DNA from: an uncultured Lachnospiraceae bacterium
GTDB taxonomy: Bacteria; Bacillota; Clostridia; UBA1381
Length of the DNA stretch: 64,000 bases
Direction of reading: 5' to 3'
Assembly: GCA_964530315.1 (NCBI GenBank)
Contig: CAZGZZ010000003.1
Span: 6,033 to 70,032 of the forward strand
A program made the position numbers and the translations under genes. Under the pieces are notes generated by a model. That model was given only the letters and a program-made list of their open reading frames with translations. It was not told the DNA's origin and did not search any database. Each line of letters opens with the position of its first letter. Position 1 is the stretch's first letter. Positions 27,542-37,574 of the stretch are shown here, piece after piece.

Positions 27542-28873
27542 ATGACGAAATTTCAGAAGTTAAAAAAAGTGCGGATAAAGGATTACATACCTGCCGTTGT
27601 CGCAGTTTTTATCTTGCAGGCAGTGTTTCTTTTGTTGATAACGCTGTGTGCTTTGATTCCGAAAAGTGCGATTGAGAAAAATGTAAAAAAGAGTGCCGAT
27701 TATTATTCGGATAAATATATGTTCCAGCAGATGACAAAGGACGAAAATTCAACCATAGTGCATAACTATGCTGACCTTGTTTGGCTGAATATAGCCTGGT
27801 GTCAGGAATCGGATGCACCCTTTAGCTCTGCACTGAATGCAGGATTTTATGAGGGTAAGGATATCTATAAGTCCGAAAGTCTTATTGGTGCTGTGTATGA
27901 CGGGAAAACTCCCGACAAGTCATATTCCCGTTATTGGCACGGAGCGTTGACGGTTATAAAACCGCTTTTGGCATTTACCGATATATTGGGAATAAGAAAT
28001 ATAAATATTGCAATTTGTATTTTATTTGCGGTTATATTATCGGTAATGCTCATAAAACGGAAATTTTATACACTGTTTGCGGGATATGCTGTGGCTATAA
28101 CTGTCAGCTTTTCGTATATTATACCGTTATGTATGGAATATATGCCGTCATTTTTCATTATGCATCTTGCGGGAATTTTTGTTTTGAAATACGGGGCGAA
28201 TTTGCAAAGACGATTGCTGTGTGTTTTTTTTGCGTCTGTCGGAGCATTGATATGTTTTTTCGATTTTCTGACAAACGAAATTTTAACACTTTTTGTACCC
28301 TTGATTTTTCTTCTTTGTATAAGGGAAAAAATGCATAAAGAAAACGATTTATCGCTTTTTGAGACTGTTCAATACAGTGTGATGTGGGGGTTTGGGTATG
28401 TTATGACCTGGTTTTTTAAATGGCTTATGTGTCTTGCAGTGTTGGGAAAATCTGCTTTCAGACAAGCTGTTTTTGAAGGTGCTTACCGTATGATGGGAGA
28501 AGTTCCGAACATTGAACAAAATCAGCTCATAGGAGCTTTGGTAAAAAACTTAAATCGCCTTTTTCCGCTCAATTTTGTGCGGAGTGAAACAGCTGTTTGG
28601 CTGATATGCTCGGCGATTATCTTTGTACTGTTTTGTGTATTTTTTCTTTACAGAAAGGAAAATGTACCCCAAATAGTGTGGACATTATTGCTGATTTCCG
28701 CTGCACCGTATGTACGATATGTGTGCTTGAGCAATCATTCGTGCCTGCACCCGTTCTTCACATTCAGAAGTCAGATAATAACGGTAATTGCCTTGTTTGC
28801 GGTATTTGAAAAAGGAATTGATTTTGATACGGTGTTAAAAAGGAGAAAGAAAAAATGCGGGAAAAAGAACTGA
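27542..28873 (+). CDS. polytopic membrane protein, putative GT-C-type glycosyltransferase (function inferred from context only)
   Basis: 443 aa with about 10 hydrophobic segments and a loop after TM1 (YSRYWHG). It overlaps the downstream GT2 gene by 19 nt. Confidence 0.7.
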   Translation: MTKFQKLKKVRIKDYIPAVVAVFILQAVFLLLITLCALIPKSAIEKNVKKSADYYSDKYMFQQMTKDENSTIVHNYADLVWLNIAWCQESDAPFSSALNAGFYEGKDIYKSESLIGAVYDGKTPDKSYSRYWHGALTVIKPLLAFTDILGIRNINIAICILFAVILSVMLIKRKFYTLFAGYAVAITVSFSYIIPLCMEYMPSFFIMHLAGIFVLKYGANLQRRLLCVFFASVGALICFFDFLTNEILTLFVPLIFLLCIREKMHKENDLSLFETVQYSVMWGFGYVMTWFFKWLMCLAVLGKSAFRQAVFEGAYRMMGEVPNIEQNQLIGALVKNLNRLFPLNFVRSETAVWLICSAIIFVLFCVFFLYRKENVPQIVWTLLLISAAPYVRYVCLSNHSCLHPFFTFRSQIITVIALFAVFEKGIDFDTVLKRRKKKCGKKN

Positions 28874-29535
28874 CGATTTTGATGCCGTGTTTAAATGAGG
28901 AAAAAACACTTGAAGCCTGTATTGCGGAGGCAAAAAAATTTATATCTTCAAGCGGTATCGAAACGGAAATCCTTATTGTGGATAACGGCAGTGAAGATTC
29001 GTCGGTGGAGATAGCGAAAGAAAACGGGGCAAGAGTTGTAAGCGTAGGAAAAAAAGGTTACGGAAATGCTTTGAGAGGAGGTATTGCGGAATCGGCAGGT
29101 AAATATATTATTATGGGTGACTGTGATAAAAGCTATGATTTTGAACATCTGGAGGCATTTGTTTGTGCACTTGAAAACGGAGCGTCAATTGTTGTCGGAA
29201 ACAGATTTTCGGGAATGCAAAAGGGTGCAATGCCTTTTTGGCACAGACATTTTGGAGTGCCGTTTTTGTCTTGGCTCGGTAGGGTGAAATTTCAATGTCC
29301 GATTTATGACTTTCACTGTGGTTTGAGAGGAATAAACAAAGAAGATTTTAAAAAGCTTGACTTGCAATGCTCCGGTATGGAATTTGCAACTGAAATGATA
29401 GCAAAAGCAAGCCGTGCCGGGTACTCGATGTCACAAGTTCCTGTTTTTTACCGTTGTGACGGAAGGGGAGGGAAATCTCATCTGCGGACTGTTCGTGACG
29501 GATTGAGGCACATATGTTACATATTGAAAGAATAA
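28855..29535 (+). CDS. family 2 glycosyltransferase (polyprenyl-phosphate sugar synthase-like)
   Basis: LTILMPCLNEEKTLEACI...VDNGSEDSS...IMGDCD matches the GT2 DxD pattern. AGGAGA RBS. Confidence 0.85.
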   Translation: MREKELTILMPCLNEEKTLEACIAEAKKFISSSGIETEILIVDNGSEDSSVEIAKENGARVVSVGKKGYGNALRGGIAESAGKYIIMGDCDKSYDFEHLEAFVCALENGASIVVGNRFSGMQKGAMPFWHRHFGVPFLSWLGRVKFQCPIYDFHCGLRGINKEDFKKLDLQCSGMEFATEMIAKASRAGYSMSQVPVFYRCDGRGGKSHLRTVRDGLRHICYILKE

Positions 29536-29589
29536 AAAAAATTCCGAAAGGATTTATTATATATTACAATTTAAGGAGTGAAATGATTT

Positions 29590-31830
29590 ATGAAGAGAAA
29601 AAAACAATTGTTATGCTTGATTTTGGCATTGAGCTTTGCCATCTCCTGCATTATGCCTTTGGCTGTGAGTGCGGAAGATACAGTGTACAAATTTATAATT
29701 AACCCCAGTCAAGAATACACCCAGGAGCCTGCAACAGGAATAACATACGGTCAAGCTTTCACCATAGATATCGCACAGAGCGGTGCAAGCATAACACTTC
29801 CGCAGGCATCGAAGTCGGGTTATGGCTTTAACGGCTGGACATACACAAGTGATTTTAGGAATGATGCTAACTTAGTGATAAAGCAGATCACACCGGAATG
29901 GATAGAGGAAAGTGAAATTTCGAACAATTACGGCAGGGTTTGGGAATTATTTCCTGTTTTTGGAAGGACGGTTAGTTGGCATTTCCAAAACGGCATAAAT
30001 GACGATTACAGTGAATTTATACCGGGAATGTCTTGTTTCGGTGTTGATGATCGTGGGTTGTATTTCAATTTAACGAACGATTATTTGTATGTTTCAAAAA
30101 AGGCTATGACCGATTTTGGATCAAATGAAATAACATATCCCTATCATAAATTCAGCCATTGGTCAGACAGTGAAAACGGCACAACTGATGTCTTTGATAA
30201 CCCGGAAACAGAGTATAAATTCGGATCGGATACGGCGGTTAGTTCGGCTGCGGTAGAACTTTATGCAGTGTGGAGAGAATATCCAAGGTTTGACCCGAAC
30301 GGCGGAGCGTGGGGAGATAATAGCTCCGTCACATACGGTGAGCTTGAAATGGACGAAAGATACCATATAGAAGAACCGGTATATGCATACAGAGAATTCA
30401 AGGGTTGGTTTGAAACAAAATATACAGCCGATGTTCCAGATGATGCAGTGGCTGTAAGCACATTTCAAGAAAATAAGACATATTATGCAGGTTGGAAAAA
30501 AACACAGTACAGCCTGGAATATGTAAATCTTTTGCCGGGTACGGACAACAGCCAAAATCCGACAATATATACAAAAGCAGATGTCAGCACCAATCCTATA
30601 ACTCTTGCACCTGCCGTAAAATCGGGTTACGGTTTTGACGGATGGTATGCAACAAGCAGTAATGACGGTGTAAGTGCAAATACAAGAATTGAAAGAATTA
30701 CCGATACAAGCACGGAATACAGTCCATGGAAACTGTTTGCAAAGTGGTATTATAAACTGAAAGATGAAAATGTTACGGGTTATGTTGGAACGCCGATAAC
30801 GCCGATAACACTTGCACTTGACGATGAATCTTTGACAGACGGCACTTTCAGTATCGCCGAGGGTTATACTCTTCCTGACGGTATCACTCTTGAAAACGGT
30901 GTGATATCGGGAACACCGACAGCACCGTACAGAGGTTCTGTAAGATTGGATATTACCCCAACAAGAGCGGATGGAATCAGTGTCAACGGTTCACAAATCA
31001 ACTTTAATATCACCAATGTACAGCAAAGCACAGGAAGCGGTTCACGAACTGTTTATACGGTAAAATTTGAATCAAACGGCGGCTCGTCGGTGGAAAATCA
31101 AAGGGTAAGAAGATATCAGAAAGCAAAAGAGCCGCAAACTCCGACAAAAGACGGATATGAATTGGACGGATGGTATTCTGATGAGGCATTGACACAGAAG
31201 TTTGATTTTTCAAAGCAGATAATCAAAAATATTACGCTTTATGCAAAGTGGAATGTAAAAAACGACAACGGCAAAAAGAACCCATTTGACGATGTTACGG
31301 AAGATGATTGGTTCTATGATGATGTTAATTATGTGAATGATAACGGTCTGATGAACGGAATGTCAAACGGTGTATTCGCTCCGCATACACTTATTACAAG
31401 AGGAATGTTTGTGACGGTGCTTTATCGTATGGAGGGAAGTCCGACTGTTAAAAAGAGTGTTCCCTTTGAGGATATCAATCTTAATGCACATTATGCCGAT
31501 GCGGTTATATGGGCAAAGGAAAACGGAATTGTAAAGGGTGTGAGCGAGAAAGAATTTGCCCCAAATGACAGTGTTACAAGAGAACAAATCGCAACTTTAA
31601 TGTTTAGATACGCACAGTATAAGGACATAGCTCCGATGGGTGCGTGGGCAATTAAACTTGAATATTCGGATACGGATAAAATTTCCGATTATGCCGTTGA
31701 GGGTGTTATGTATTGCACATTAAAGAGAATTATGCAGGGCAAGGATGCAAACAGATTTGCACCTGCCGATGGTGCAACAAGAGCGGAAATTGCGGCAATT
31801 ATTCGCAGATTTATTGAAAATAACAAATAA
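29590..31830 (+). CDS. 746-aa surface protein with Listeria-Bacteroides repeats and C-terminal SLH domains
   Basis: Signal peptide MKRKKQLLCLILALSFAISCIMPLAVSA. Repeats of the type SGYGFNGWTY, SGYGFDGWYA and DGYELDGWYS...LYAKW. SLH modules FDDVTEDDWFYDDVNYVNDNGLMNG... Confidence 0.85.
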   Translation: MKRKKQLLCLILALSFAISCIMPLAVSAEDTVYKFIINPSQEYTQEPATGITYGQAFTIDIAQSGASITLPQASKSGYGFNGWTYTSDFRNDANLVIKQITPEWIEESEISNNYGRVWELFPVFGRTVSWHFQNGINDDYSEFIPGMSCFGVDDRGLYFNLTNDYLYVSKKAMTDFGSNEITYPYHKFSHWSDSENGTTDVFDNPETEYKFGSDTAVSSAAVELYAVWREYPRFDPNGGAWGDNSSVTYGELEMDERYHIEEPVYAYREFKGWFETKYTADVPDDAVAVSTFQENKTYYAGWKKTQYSLEYVNLLPGTDNSQNPTIYTKADVSTNPITLAPAVKSGYGFDGWYATSSNDGVSANTRIERITDTSTEYSPWKLFAKWYYKLKDENVTGYVGTPITPITLALDDESLTDGTFSIAEGYTLPDGITLENGVISGTPTAPYRGSVRLDITPTRADGISVNGSQINFNITNVQQSTGSGSRTVYTVKFESNGGSSVENQRVRRYQKAKEPQTPTKDGYELDGWYSDEALTQKFDFSKQIIKNITLYAKWNVKNDNGKKNPFDDVTEDDWFYDDVNYVNDNGLMNGMSNGVFAPHTLITRGMFVTVLYRMEGSPTVKKSVPFEDINLNAHYADAVIWAKENGIVKGVSEKEFAPNDSVTREQIATLMFRYAQYKDIAPMGAWAIKLEYSDTDKISDYAVEGVMYCTLKRIMQGKDANRFAPADGATRAEIAAIIRRFIENNK

Positions 31831-31834
31831 AAAT

Positions 31835-31868
31835 GAGGGATGCGACTGCATCCCTCAAATTTTTTTTA
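31835..31868. terminator. bidirectional rho-independent terminator (SLH protein / copA convergent)
   Basis: Stem GAGGGATGC / GCATCCCTC with a 4-nt loop, followed by AAATTTTTTTT. Confidence 0.85.
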
Positions 31869-34328
31869 TTAATCGATTACATTGTAGCCTTGAGCCTCGA
31901 CTGTTTGTTTTAAAACATCGTCCGAAATATCTTTGGAAAGCTTTATTAAAGCACTGTTTGTACTGTGGTTTGCAATTGCTTCCGAAACACCGTCAACAGC
32001 TTCCAATGCGTTTTTGACTCTTGCTTCGCAATGAGCACACATCATTCCTTCAATTTTCAATGTTTTTTCCATATTTTTTTCGACCTCCTTTGCCGCAGTT
32101 GTATTTTTTATTTTAAATAAATTTAAACGCAAAGCGTTTGAAACAACACAAAAGCTTGACAAGCTCATAGCCGCTGCCGCTATCATCGGATTTAGACCGA
32201 TACCGAATGTCGGAATAAGGACTCCTGCGGCAATCGGAATGCCTATCACATTGTAAATAAATGCCCAGAAAAGATTTTCGTGTATATTCTTAAGTGTGGC
32301 ACGGCTCAATTTTATTGCCGAAACGACATCGAAAAGACTGTCCTTCATCAAAACTATATCTGCGGCATCAATTGCAACATCCGTTCCGGCACCGATTGCA
32401 ATTCCGATGTCGGCGGAGGTGAGAGCGGGAGCATCATTTATGCCGTCACCGACCATTGCGGTTTTGGATTTTTGCTTTAGTTCGGAAATGATTCTTTCCT
32501 TATCCTGTGGCATAACCTCCGCAACAGCCTCCGAAAGACCAACCTTTTTTTTGACGGCTTCTGCACATTGGCGGTTATCGCCTGTCAGCATAATGACTTT
32601 AATTCCGAGGTTTTTAAGCTCCTTGACAGCTTCTGCACTGTCCGGCTTTATTGTGTCGGAAACAGCAATAATTCCCATAATTTTATCGTACGAGGCAAAG
32701 AACAGAGGTGTTTTACCCTCATTTGACAAAGCTGTCGCTTTTTCTTGGATATCCTGCGGAACTTCAAGTCTTGTTTGAATGAATTTTAGATTTCCTCCAA
32801 TAATTTCTTTTTCGTTTATAACAGCCGAAACACCGTTTCCGGGAAATGCATTAAAAGCTTTTGCATCAAAGGACTTTATATTTTTTTTATCCGCACATTT
32901 TACAATTGCCTTTGCAAGAGGATGTTCGCTCATTTTTTCGAGGGAGTATGCTGTTTTCAACAGCTCATCATCGGATTTACTGCCGAAAGTCAAGATATCG
33001 GTAACCTGCGGATTTCCGCTTGTTACAGTTCCTGTTTTGTCAAGCGCTATTGTTTTTATTTTTCCTGTTTGTTCAAGAGCGGTTGCATTTTTGAAAAGAA
33101 TACCGAGTTTTGCACCGACTCCGTTTCCGACCATTATGGCAACGGGTGTTGCAAGACCGAGGGAGCAAGGACAGCTGATAACCAAAACGGCTATACCTCT
33201 TGAAAGTGCATCGCCAAATTCATACCCTGCAATAAGCCATATTACTGTTGTTATTATTGCAATTCCTATTACGACAGGAACAAATACGCCCGAAACCTTA
33301 TCGGCAATTTTTGCAATCGGAGCTTTTGTTGCGGCGGCATCGGAAACCATTTTGATAATTTGCGATAAAGCTGTATCATCACCTGTTTTTGTGGCTCTGC
33401 ATTTGAGGTGTCCCGATTGGTTTACAGTTGCCGCAGATACACTGCTTCCGACTTCTTTATCAACCGGAATACTCTCTCCGGTGAGAGCCGATTCGTTGAT
33501 AGCAGAATATCCTTCAATGACAATTCCGTCGGCAGGAATTGAAGCACCGGGTTTAATAATAAATATGTCGTCTGTTTTGATTTCGGATGCCGGAATTTCT
33601 CTTTCCTCTCCGTTTATCAAAATAATGGCTGTTTTCGGTTTTAAATCCATAAGACTTTTTATTGCGTTGGTTGTTTTTCCTTTTGAGCGTTCTTCTAGCA
33701 TTTTTCCGACGGAAATCAAAACAAGAATCATCGCCGCCGATTCAAAATACAAATTATGAAGGCAGGATGCTGCATTATCCGGCTGTAAATTAATATAATA
33801 GTTGCTCATCTTAAAGAGAGAATATGTGCTGTATATAAAGGAAGCACCCGAACCGAGAGAAATAAGCGAATCCATATTCGGAGAAAGATTTATCATACTC
33901 TTAAATCCACTTATGAAGAATTTTTTGTTTATCACCATAACCGAAAGGGCAAGAAACATTTGTACCAATGCGTTTGCAAAGGGGTTATTTTCAAAGTAGG
34001 GAAAAAGCTTTATGCCGAGCATATGTCCCATCGAAAAATACATTAAAATCAAAAGCAAGACAGCCGATATGATAATTCGTTTGAAAATATTTTCGGAGTT
34101 ATCGACCTTTGTGTTCTCTTTTTTTTCTGAACCCTTTGTTTTTGCACCATAACCGGCTTTTTGAACGGCAAGGATAATTTCCTCATCCGAAGCTGAACCG
34201 TCAACATTCATAGAATTCGTCAAAAGATTTACCGAACACATATTGACACCGTCGAGCTTTGATACTGCTTTTTCTACCCTTGCGGAGCAGGCGGCACAAC
34301 TCATACCGCTTATATCGAATTGTTTCAT
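31869..34328 (-). CDS. copA: copper-translocating P1B-type ATPase with N-terminal and C-terminal HMA domains
   Basis: N-terminal GMSCAACSARV, CPC motif SCPCSLGLATP, DKTGT, SEHPL and GDGINDAP. There is an extra C-terminal HMA domain (KIEGMMCAHCEARV). Confidence 0.93.
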   Translation of the reverse strand: MKQFDISGMSCAACSARVEKAVSKLDGVNMCSVNLLTNSMNVDGSASDEEIILAVQKAGYGAKTKGSEKKENTKVDNSENIFKRIIISAVLLLILMYFSMGHMLGIKLFPYFENNPFANALVQMFLALSVMVINKKFFISGFKSMINLSPNMDSLISLGSGASFIYSTYSLFKMSNYYINLQPDNAASCLHNLYFESAAMILVLISVGKMLEERSKGKTTNAIKSLMDLKPKTAIILINGEEREIPASEIKTDDIFIIKPGASIPADGIVIEGYSAINESALTGESIPVDKEVGSSVSAATVNQSGHLKCRATKTGDDTALSQIIKMVSDAAATKAPIAKIADKVSGVFVPVVIGIAIITTVIWLIAGYEFGDALSRGIAVLVISCPCSLGLATPVAIMVGNGVGAKLGILFKNATALEQTGKIKTIALDKTGTVTSGNPQVTDILTFGSKSDDELLKTAYSLEKMSEHPLAKAIVKCADKKNIKSFDAKAFNAFPGNGVSAVINEKEIIGGNLKFIQTRLEVPQDIQEKATALSNEGKTPLFFASYDKIMGIIAVSDTIKPDSAEAVKELKNLGIKVIMLTGDNRQCAEAVKKKVGLSEAVAEVMPQDKERIISELKQKSKTAMVGDGINDAPALTSADIGIAIGAGTDVAIDAADIVLMKDSLFDVVSAIKLSRATLKNIHENLFWAFIYNVIGIPIAAGVLIPTFGIGLNPMIAAAAMSLSSFCVVSNALRLNLFKIKNTTAAKEVEKNMEKTLKIEGMMCAHCEARVKNALEAVDGVSEAIANHSTNSALIKLSKDISDDVLKQTVEAQGYNVID

Positions 34329-34360
34329 TTAATCACCTTTCATAATAAATCTTTGTCAAA

Positions 34361-34389
34361 ATTGTATCATACTAAAATTGGTTTGTCAA
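34361..34389 (-). promoter_or_regulatory. sigma-A-type promoter of copA
   Basis: On the minus strand: TTGACA, 17-nt spacer, TACAAT with a TGA extended -10. Confidence 0.65.
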
Positions 34390-34490
34390 TTACGGTTAAT
34401 ATTATACACAACAATATATTTGAAAAATACACAAAAAAAATTGAAATTTATCAAATTATATGTGAGTTTTTTAAGAACTTTAAATATTAG

Positions 34491-34520
34491 TTGACACAAC
34501 CACAATATATATGGTAGAAT
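34491..34520 (+). promoter_or_regulatory. sigma-A-type promoter of pflBA
   Basis: TTGACA, 18-nt spacer, TAGAAT with a TGG extended -10. Confidence 0.65.
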
Positions 34521-34542
34521 GTGAGTATCAAACACAACAGAA

Positions 34543-34560
34543 TGTGTTTTAACATTCACA
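34543..34560. promoter_or_regulatory. TGTG-N10-CACA inverted repeat, Rex-box-like
   Basis: TGTGTTTTAACATTCACA lies between the -10 box and the pflB RBS. The right half TTCACA matches the Rex half-site; the left half matches 4/6. Confidence 0.35.
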
Positions 34561-34584
34561 TAAATAAATCAGGAGCGTGGTAAA

Positions 34585-36813
34585 GTGAGAGAAGAATGGC
34601 AAAACTTTGTCGGCGGAGATTGGGAAACAAGCATTAATGTGCGTGATTTTATTCAAAAGAATTACACACCTTATACAGGTGATGCGGATTTCTTGTGCGG
34701 ACCGACAGAAAGAACAAATAAATTGATGGACAAGCTTAATGCATTGCTTGCCGAAGAAACAAAAAAAGGTGGAGTGTTGGATATCGATACCGAAACGGTT
34801 TCATCGGTTGATAACTTTGCTCCCGGATATCTTGATAAGGAAAATGAGCTTATCGTAGGTCTTCAGACAGATGCACCTTTGAAAAGATCGGTTAATCCTT
34901 TCGGAGGAATAAGAATGTGCCGTGAGGCTTGTGAAAGCTACGGCTACAAATTGAGTGACAAAGTTGAAGAAGAGTTCAAATACAAAACAACTCATAACGA
35001 CGGTGTTTTCAGAGCGTACAGCGATGAAATGAGAAAAGCAAGAAAGTGCGGAATCATTACAGGATTGCCCGATGCTTACGGAAGAGGAAGAATTATAGGT
35101 GATTACAGAAGAATTGCTCTATACGGAATGGATCGCCTTATTGAAGAAAAAATCAAGGACAAGAACGAAATCGAATCAAGATTGATGGATAAGGAAAATA
35201 TCCAACTTAAGGAAGAAATTGCAAAGCAAATTATATTCCTTAAGAAAATAAAGAATCTTGCCGCTTCTTACGGTCACGACATTTCTTCACCTGCAAAGAA
35301 TGCAAAAGAAGCTATTCAATGGCTCTATTACGGATATCTTTCTGCAATAAAGGAACAGAACGGTGCGGCAATGTCCTTGGGAAGAACAAGTACTTTTATC
35401 GATATATATATCGAAAGAGATTTCAAAAACGGTATATTAACAGAAAGTCAGGCTCAAGAACTTATCGATGATTTCGTTATGAAGTTGAGAATGGCAAGAC
35501 AGTTGAGAACGCCTGCTTACAACGAACTTTTCGGTGGAGACCCAATGTGGATTACAGAGGGCGTCGGCGGTATGAGCAAGGACGGAAGAACTCTTGTAAC
35601 AAAGAACTCATACAGAATTTTGAATACATTGTTCAACTTGGGACCTGCTCCCGAACCGAACCTCACGGTTTTGTGGTCGGACGAATTGCCGGATGATTTT
35701 AAAAAGTTCTGTGCAAAGGTTTCAATCGAAACAAATTCAATTCAATATGAAAATGACGATTTGATGCGTACAGATTACGGCGATGACTATGCTATTGCTT
35801 GCTGTGTATCTGCAATGAAGGTCGGAAAACAGATGCAGTTCTTCGGTGCAAGATGCAACCTTGCAAAGCTTTTGCTTTTGTGCTTGAACGGCGGTTACGA
35901 CCCTGCAAGCCAAATCCAATTCAGCATCAAAGAAGATCCGTATCCGGATGAGTATCTTGATTATTATAAGGTTACCGAAAGACTTGAAAGATACAGAGAT
36001 TGGCTTTGCAACTTGTATGTTAATACAATGAATATAATTCACTATATGCACGATAAGTATGCATATGAAAAGGTTCAAATGGCTCTTCACGACACATATG
36101 TTGAAAGACTTATGGCGTTCGGTGTTGCAGGACTGTCGGTTTTTGCCGATTCTTTGAGTGCCATTAAATATGCAAAGGTTAAGACAATCCGTGACGAAAA
36201 TGGGTACATTGTTGATTTTGAAACAACGGGTGATTTCCCGAAATTCGGTAATGATGATGACAGAGTTGATAATATTGCGGTTAAGGCTCTTAAAGATACA
36301 ATAGAATCATTGAGAAAGACACCTGCATATCGTGATGCAACACATACATTGTCAGCTCTTACAATTACATCGAATGTTGTATATGGTAAAAAGACAATGT
36401 CCACTCCGGACGGCAGAAAAGCAGGAGAACCTTTTGCACCGGGTGCAAATCCTATGCACAACAGAGAAACAAACGGTGCTTTGGCATCACTCAATTCTGT
36501 TGCAAAGCTTCCTTATTCCGCTTGCCGTGACGGTATTTCAAATACATTCTCAATAGTACCCGACACATTGGGTAAGGATGAAGCTCAAAGAGAGAAAAAT
36601 CTTGTTCGTATTTTAAACGGATATTTCTTGAAGCAAGCTCATCACATCAATGTCAATGTAATGAACAAGTCACAGCTTATCGAAGCATATAACAATCCGG
36701 AGCTTTACCCGAATTTGACAATCAGAGTTTCGGGTTATGCCGTAAACTTCCACAAGCTTTCAAAGGAACAGCAGAAGGAAGTTATTATGAGAACATTCCA
36801 CGAGGAAGTTTAA
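34585..36813 (+). CDS. pflB: formate C-acetyltransferase (pyruvate formate-lyase)
   Basis: Glycyl radical motif RVSGYAVNF, active-site IACCVSAM and N-terminus [18 protein letters not shown] start with AGGAG RBS. Confidence 0.93.
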   Translation: MREEWQNFVGGDWETSINVRDFIQKNYTPYTGDADFLCGPTERTNKLMDKLNALLAEETKKGGVLDIDTETVSSVDNFAPGYLDKENELIVGLQTDAPLKRSVNPFGGIRMCREACESYGYKLSDKVEEEFKYKTTHNDGVFRAYSDEMRKARKCGIITGLPDAYGRGRIIGDYRRIALYGMDRLIEEKIKDKNEIESRLMDKENIQLKEEIAKQIIFLKKIKNLAASYGHDISSPAKNAKEAIQWLYYGYLSAIKEQNGAAMSLGRTSTFIDIYIERDFKNGILTESQAQELIDDFVMKLRMARQLRTPAYNELFGGDPMWITEGVGGMSKDGRTLVTKNSYRILNTLFNLGPAPEPNLTVLWSDELPDDFKKFCAKVSIETNSIQYENDDLMRTDYGDDYAIACCVSAMKVGKQMQFFGARCNLAKLLLLCLNGGYDPASQIQFSIKEDPYPDEYLDYYKVTERLERYRDWLCNLYVNTMNIIHYMHDKYAYEKVQMALHDTYVERLMAFGVAGLSVFADSLSAIKYAKVKTIRDENGYIVDFETTGDFPKFGNDDDRVDNIAVKALKDTIESLRKTPAYRDATHTLSALTITSNVVYGKKTMSTPDGRKAGEPFAPGANPMHNRETNGALASLNSVAKLPYSACRDGISNTFSIVPDTLGKDEAQREKNLVRILNGYFLKQAHHINVNVMNKSQLIEAYNNPELYPNLTIRVSGYAVNFHKLSKEQQKEVIMRTFHEEV

Positions 36814-36814
36814 T

Positions 36815-37519
36815 ATGACAGGAAAGGTTCACAGCTTTCAAAGTCTCGGTACGCTTGACGGTCCGGGTGTCAGATTTGTCGCTTTTATGCACGGGTGCAA
36901 TCTTCACTGCGGATATTGCCATAATGTTGATGTGTGCAGAGGTGAATATGTCAGCTATACTCCGGAGGAAATCTTTAAAAGAGTTATAAGATATAAAGAG
37001 TATTTTTCGGATGATGGCGGTATCACCGTGTCGGGTGGAGAACCCCTTTTACAGGCAGAATTTTTAAAAGAACTTTTCAAATTGTGTAAGCAAGACGGAA
37101 TAAATACCGCAATCGATACTTCGGGAAGTATTTGGAACGACGATGTTTCCGAACTTTTGGAATTAACCGATTTGGTTCTCTTGGACATAAAAATGACAAA
37201 TGATGAGAATTATCAAAAATATATAGGATGCTCACTCTCTCTTCCTATGAATTTCTTGGAAAAAATTAAGGAAAAAGGGAAGAAGTGTTGGATAAGATAT
37301 GTTGTTGTTGAGGGATTGAACGATTTCAATGAAGATATTGTGAAATTGAAAAATATAATATCAAAATATGATTTCATCGAAAAAGTTGAATTGCTACCCT
37401 TTAAAAAGGTGTGCAAAACAAAATATGATGCAATGGGACTTGATTTTCCGTTTGACAATTATCCCGAAACATCGAAAAAAACAATTGACAGACTCTACGG
37501 CATTTTAAATGAAAATTAA
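36815..37519 (+). CDS. pflA: pyruvate formate-lyase activating enzyme (radical SAM)
   Basis: CNLHCGYCHN cluster motif and GGITVSGGEPL. Confidence 0.92.
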   Translation: MTGKVHSFQSLGTLDGPGVRFVAFMHGCNLHCGYCHNVDVCRGEYVSYTPEEIFKRVIRYKEYFSDDGGITVSGGEPLLQAEFLKELFKLCKQDGINTAIDTSGSIWNDDVSELLELTDLVLLDIKMTNDENYQKYIGCSLSLPMNFLEKIKEKGKKCWIRYVVVEGLNDFNEDIVKLKNIISKYDFIEKVELLPFKKVCKTKYDAMGLDFPFDNYPETSKKTIDRLYGILNEN

Positions 37520-37520
37520 A

Positions 37521-37562
37521 AAAATACGCATATCTCCGAAATGACGGCGATATGCGTATTTT
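37521..37562. terminator. bidirectional rho-independent terminator
   Basis: 14-bp stem AAAATACGCATATC / GATATGCGTATTTT. A and T runs are present on both sides. Confidence 0.8.
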
Positions 37563-37574
37563 GCTGTTTTTGCA

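Noticed and set aside
29514-29702. 62-aa ORF spanning the GT2 / SLH-protein junction
   Set aside because: It overlaps the end of the GT2 gene and the signal-peptide region of the SLH protein in a different frame. The in-frame ATG at 29590 gives a textbook signal peptide.
32779-33759. Long antisense ORFs (32779-33759 and 32296-32778 opposite copA; 22290-23039 opposite glnN; 4336-5127 opposite the nucleotidyltransferase; 54800-55408 opposite the PRT gene; 36087-36494 opposite pflB; 24269-24757 opposite gatB)
   Set aside because: Each lies entirely within, and antisense to, a gene with unmistakable conserved motifs. They have low-complexity S/F/I/L/P-rich translations and no RBS. These are shadow ORFs.
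34329-34584. ZTP (pfl-motif) riboswitch upstream of pflB
   Set aside because: The pfl motif was named for this gene context. Yet the leader after the -10 box is only about 60 nt and lacks the GC-rich conserved elements (GGGTCGTGACTGGCG-like and CCGCCTGGGC-like).
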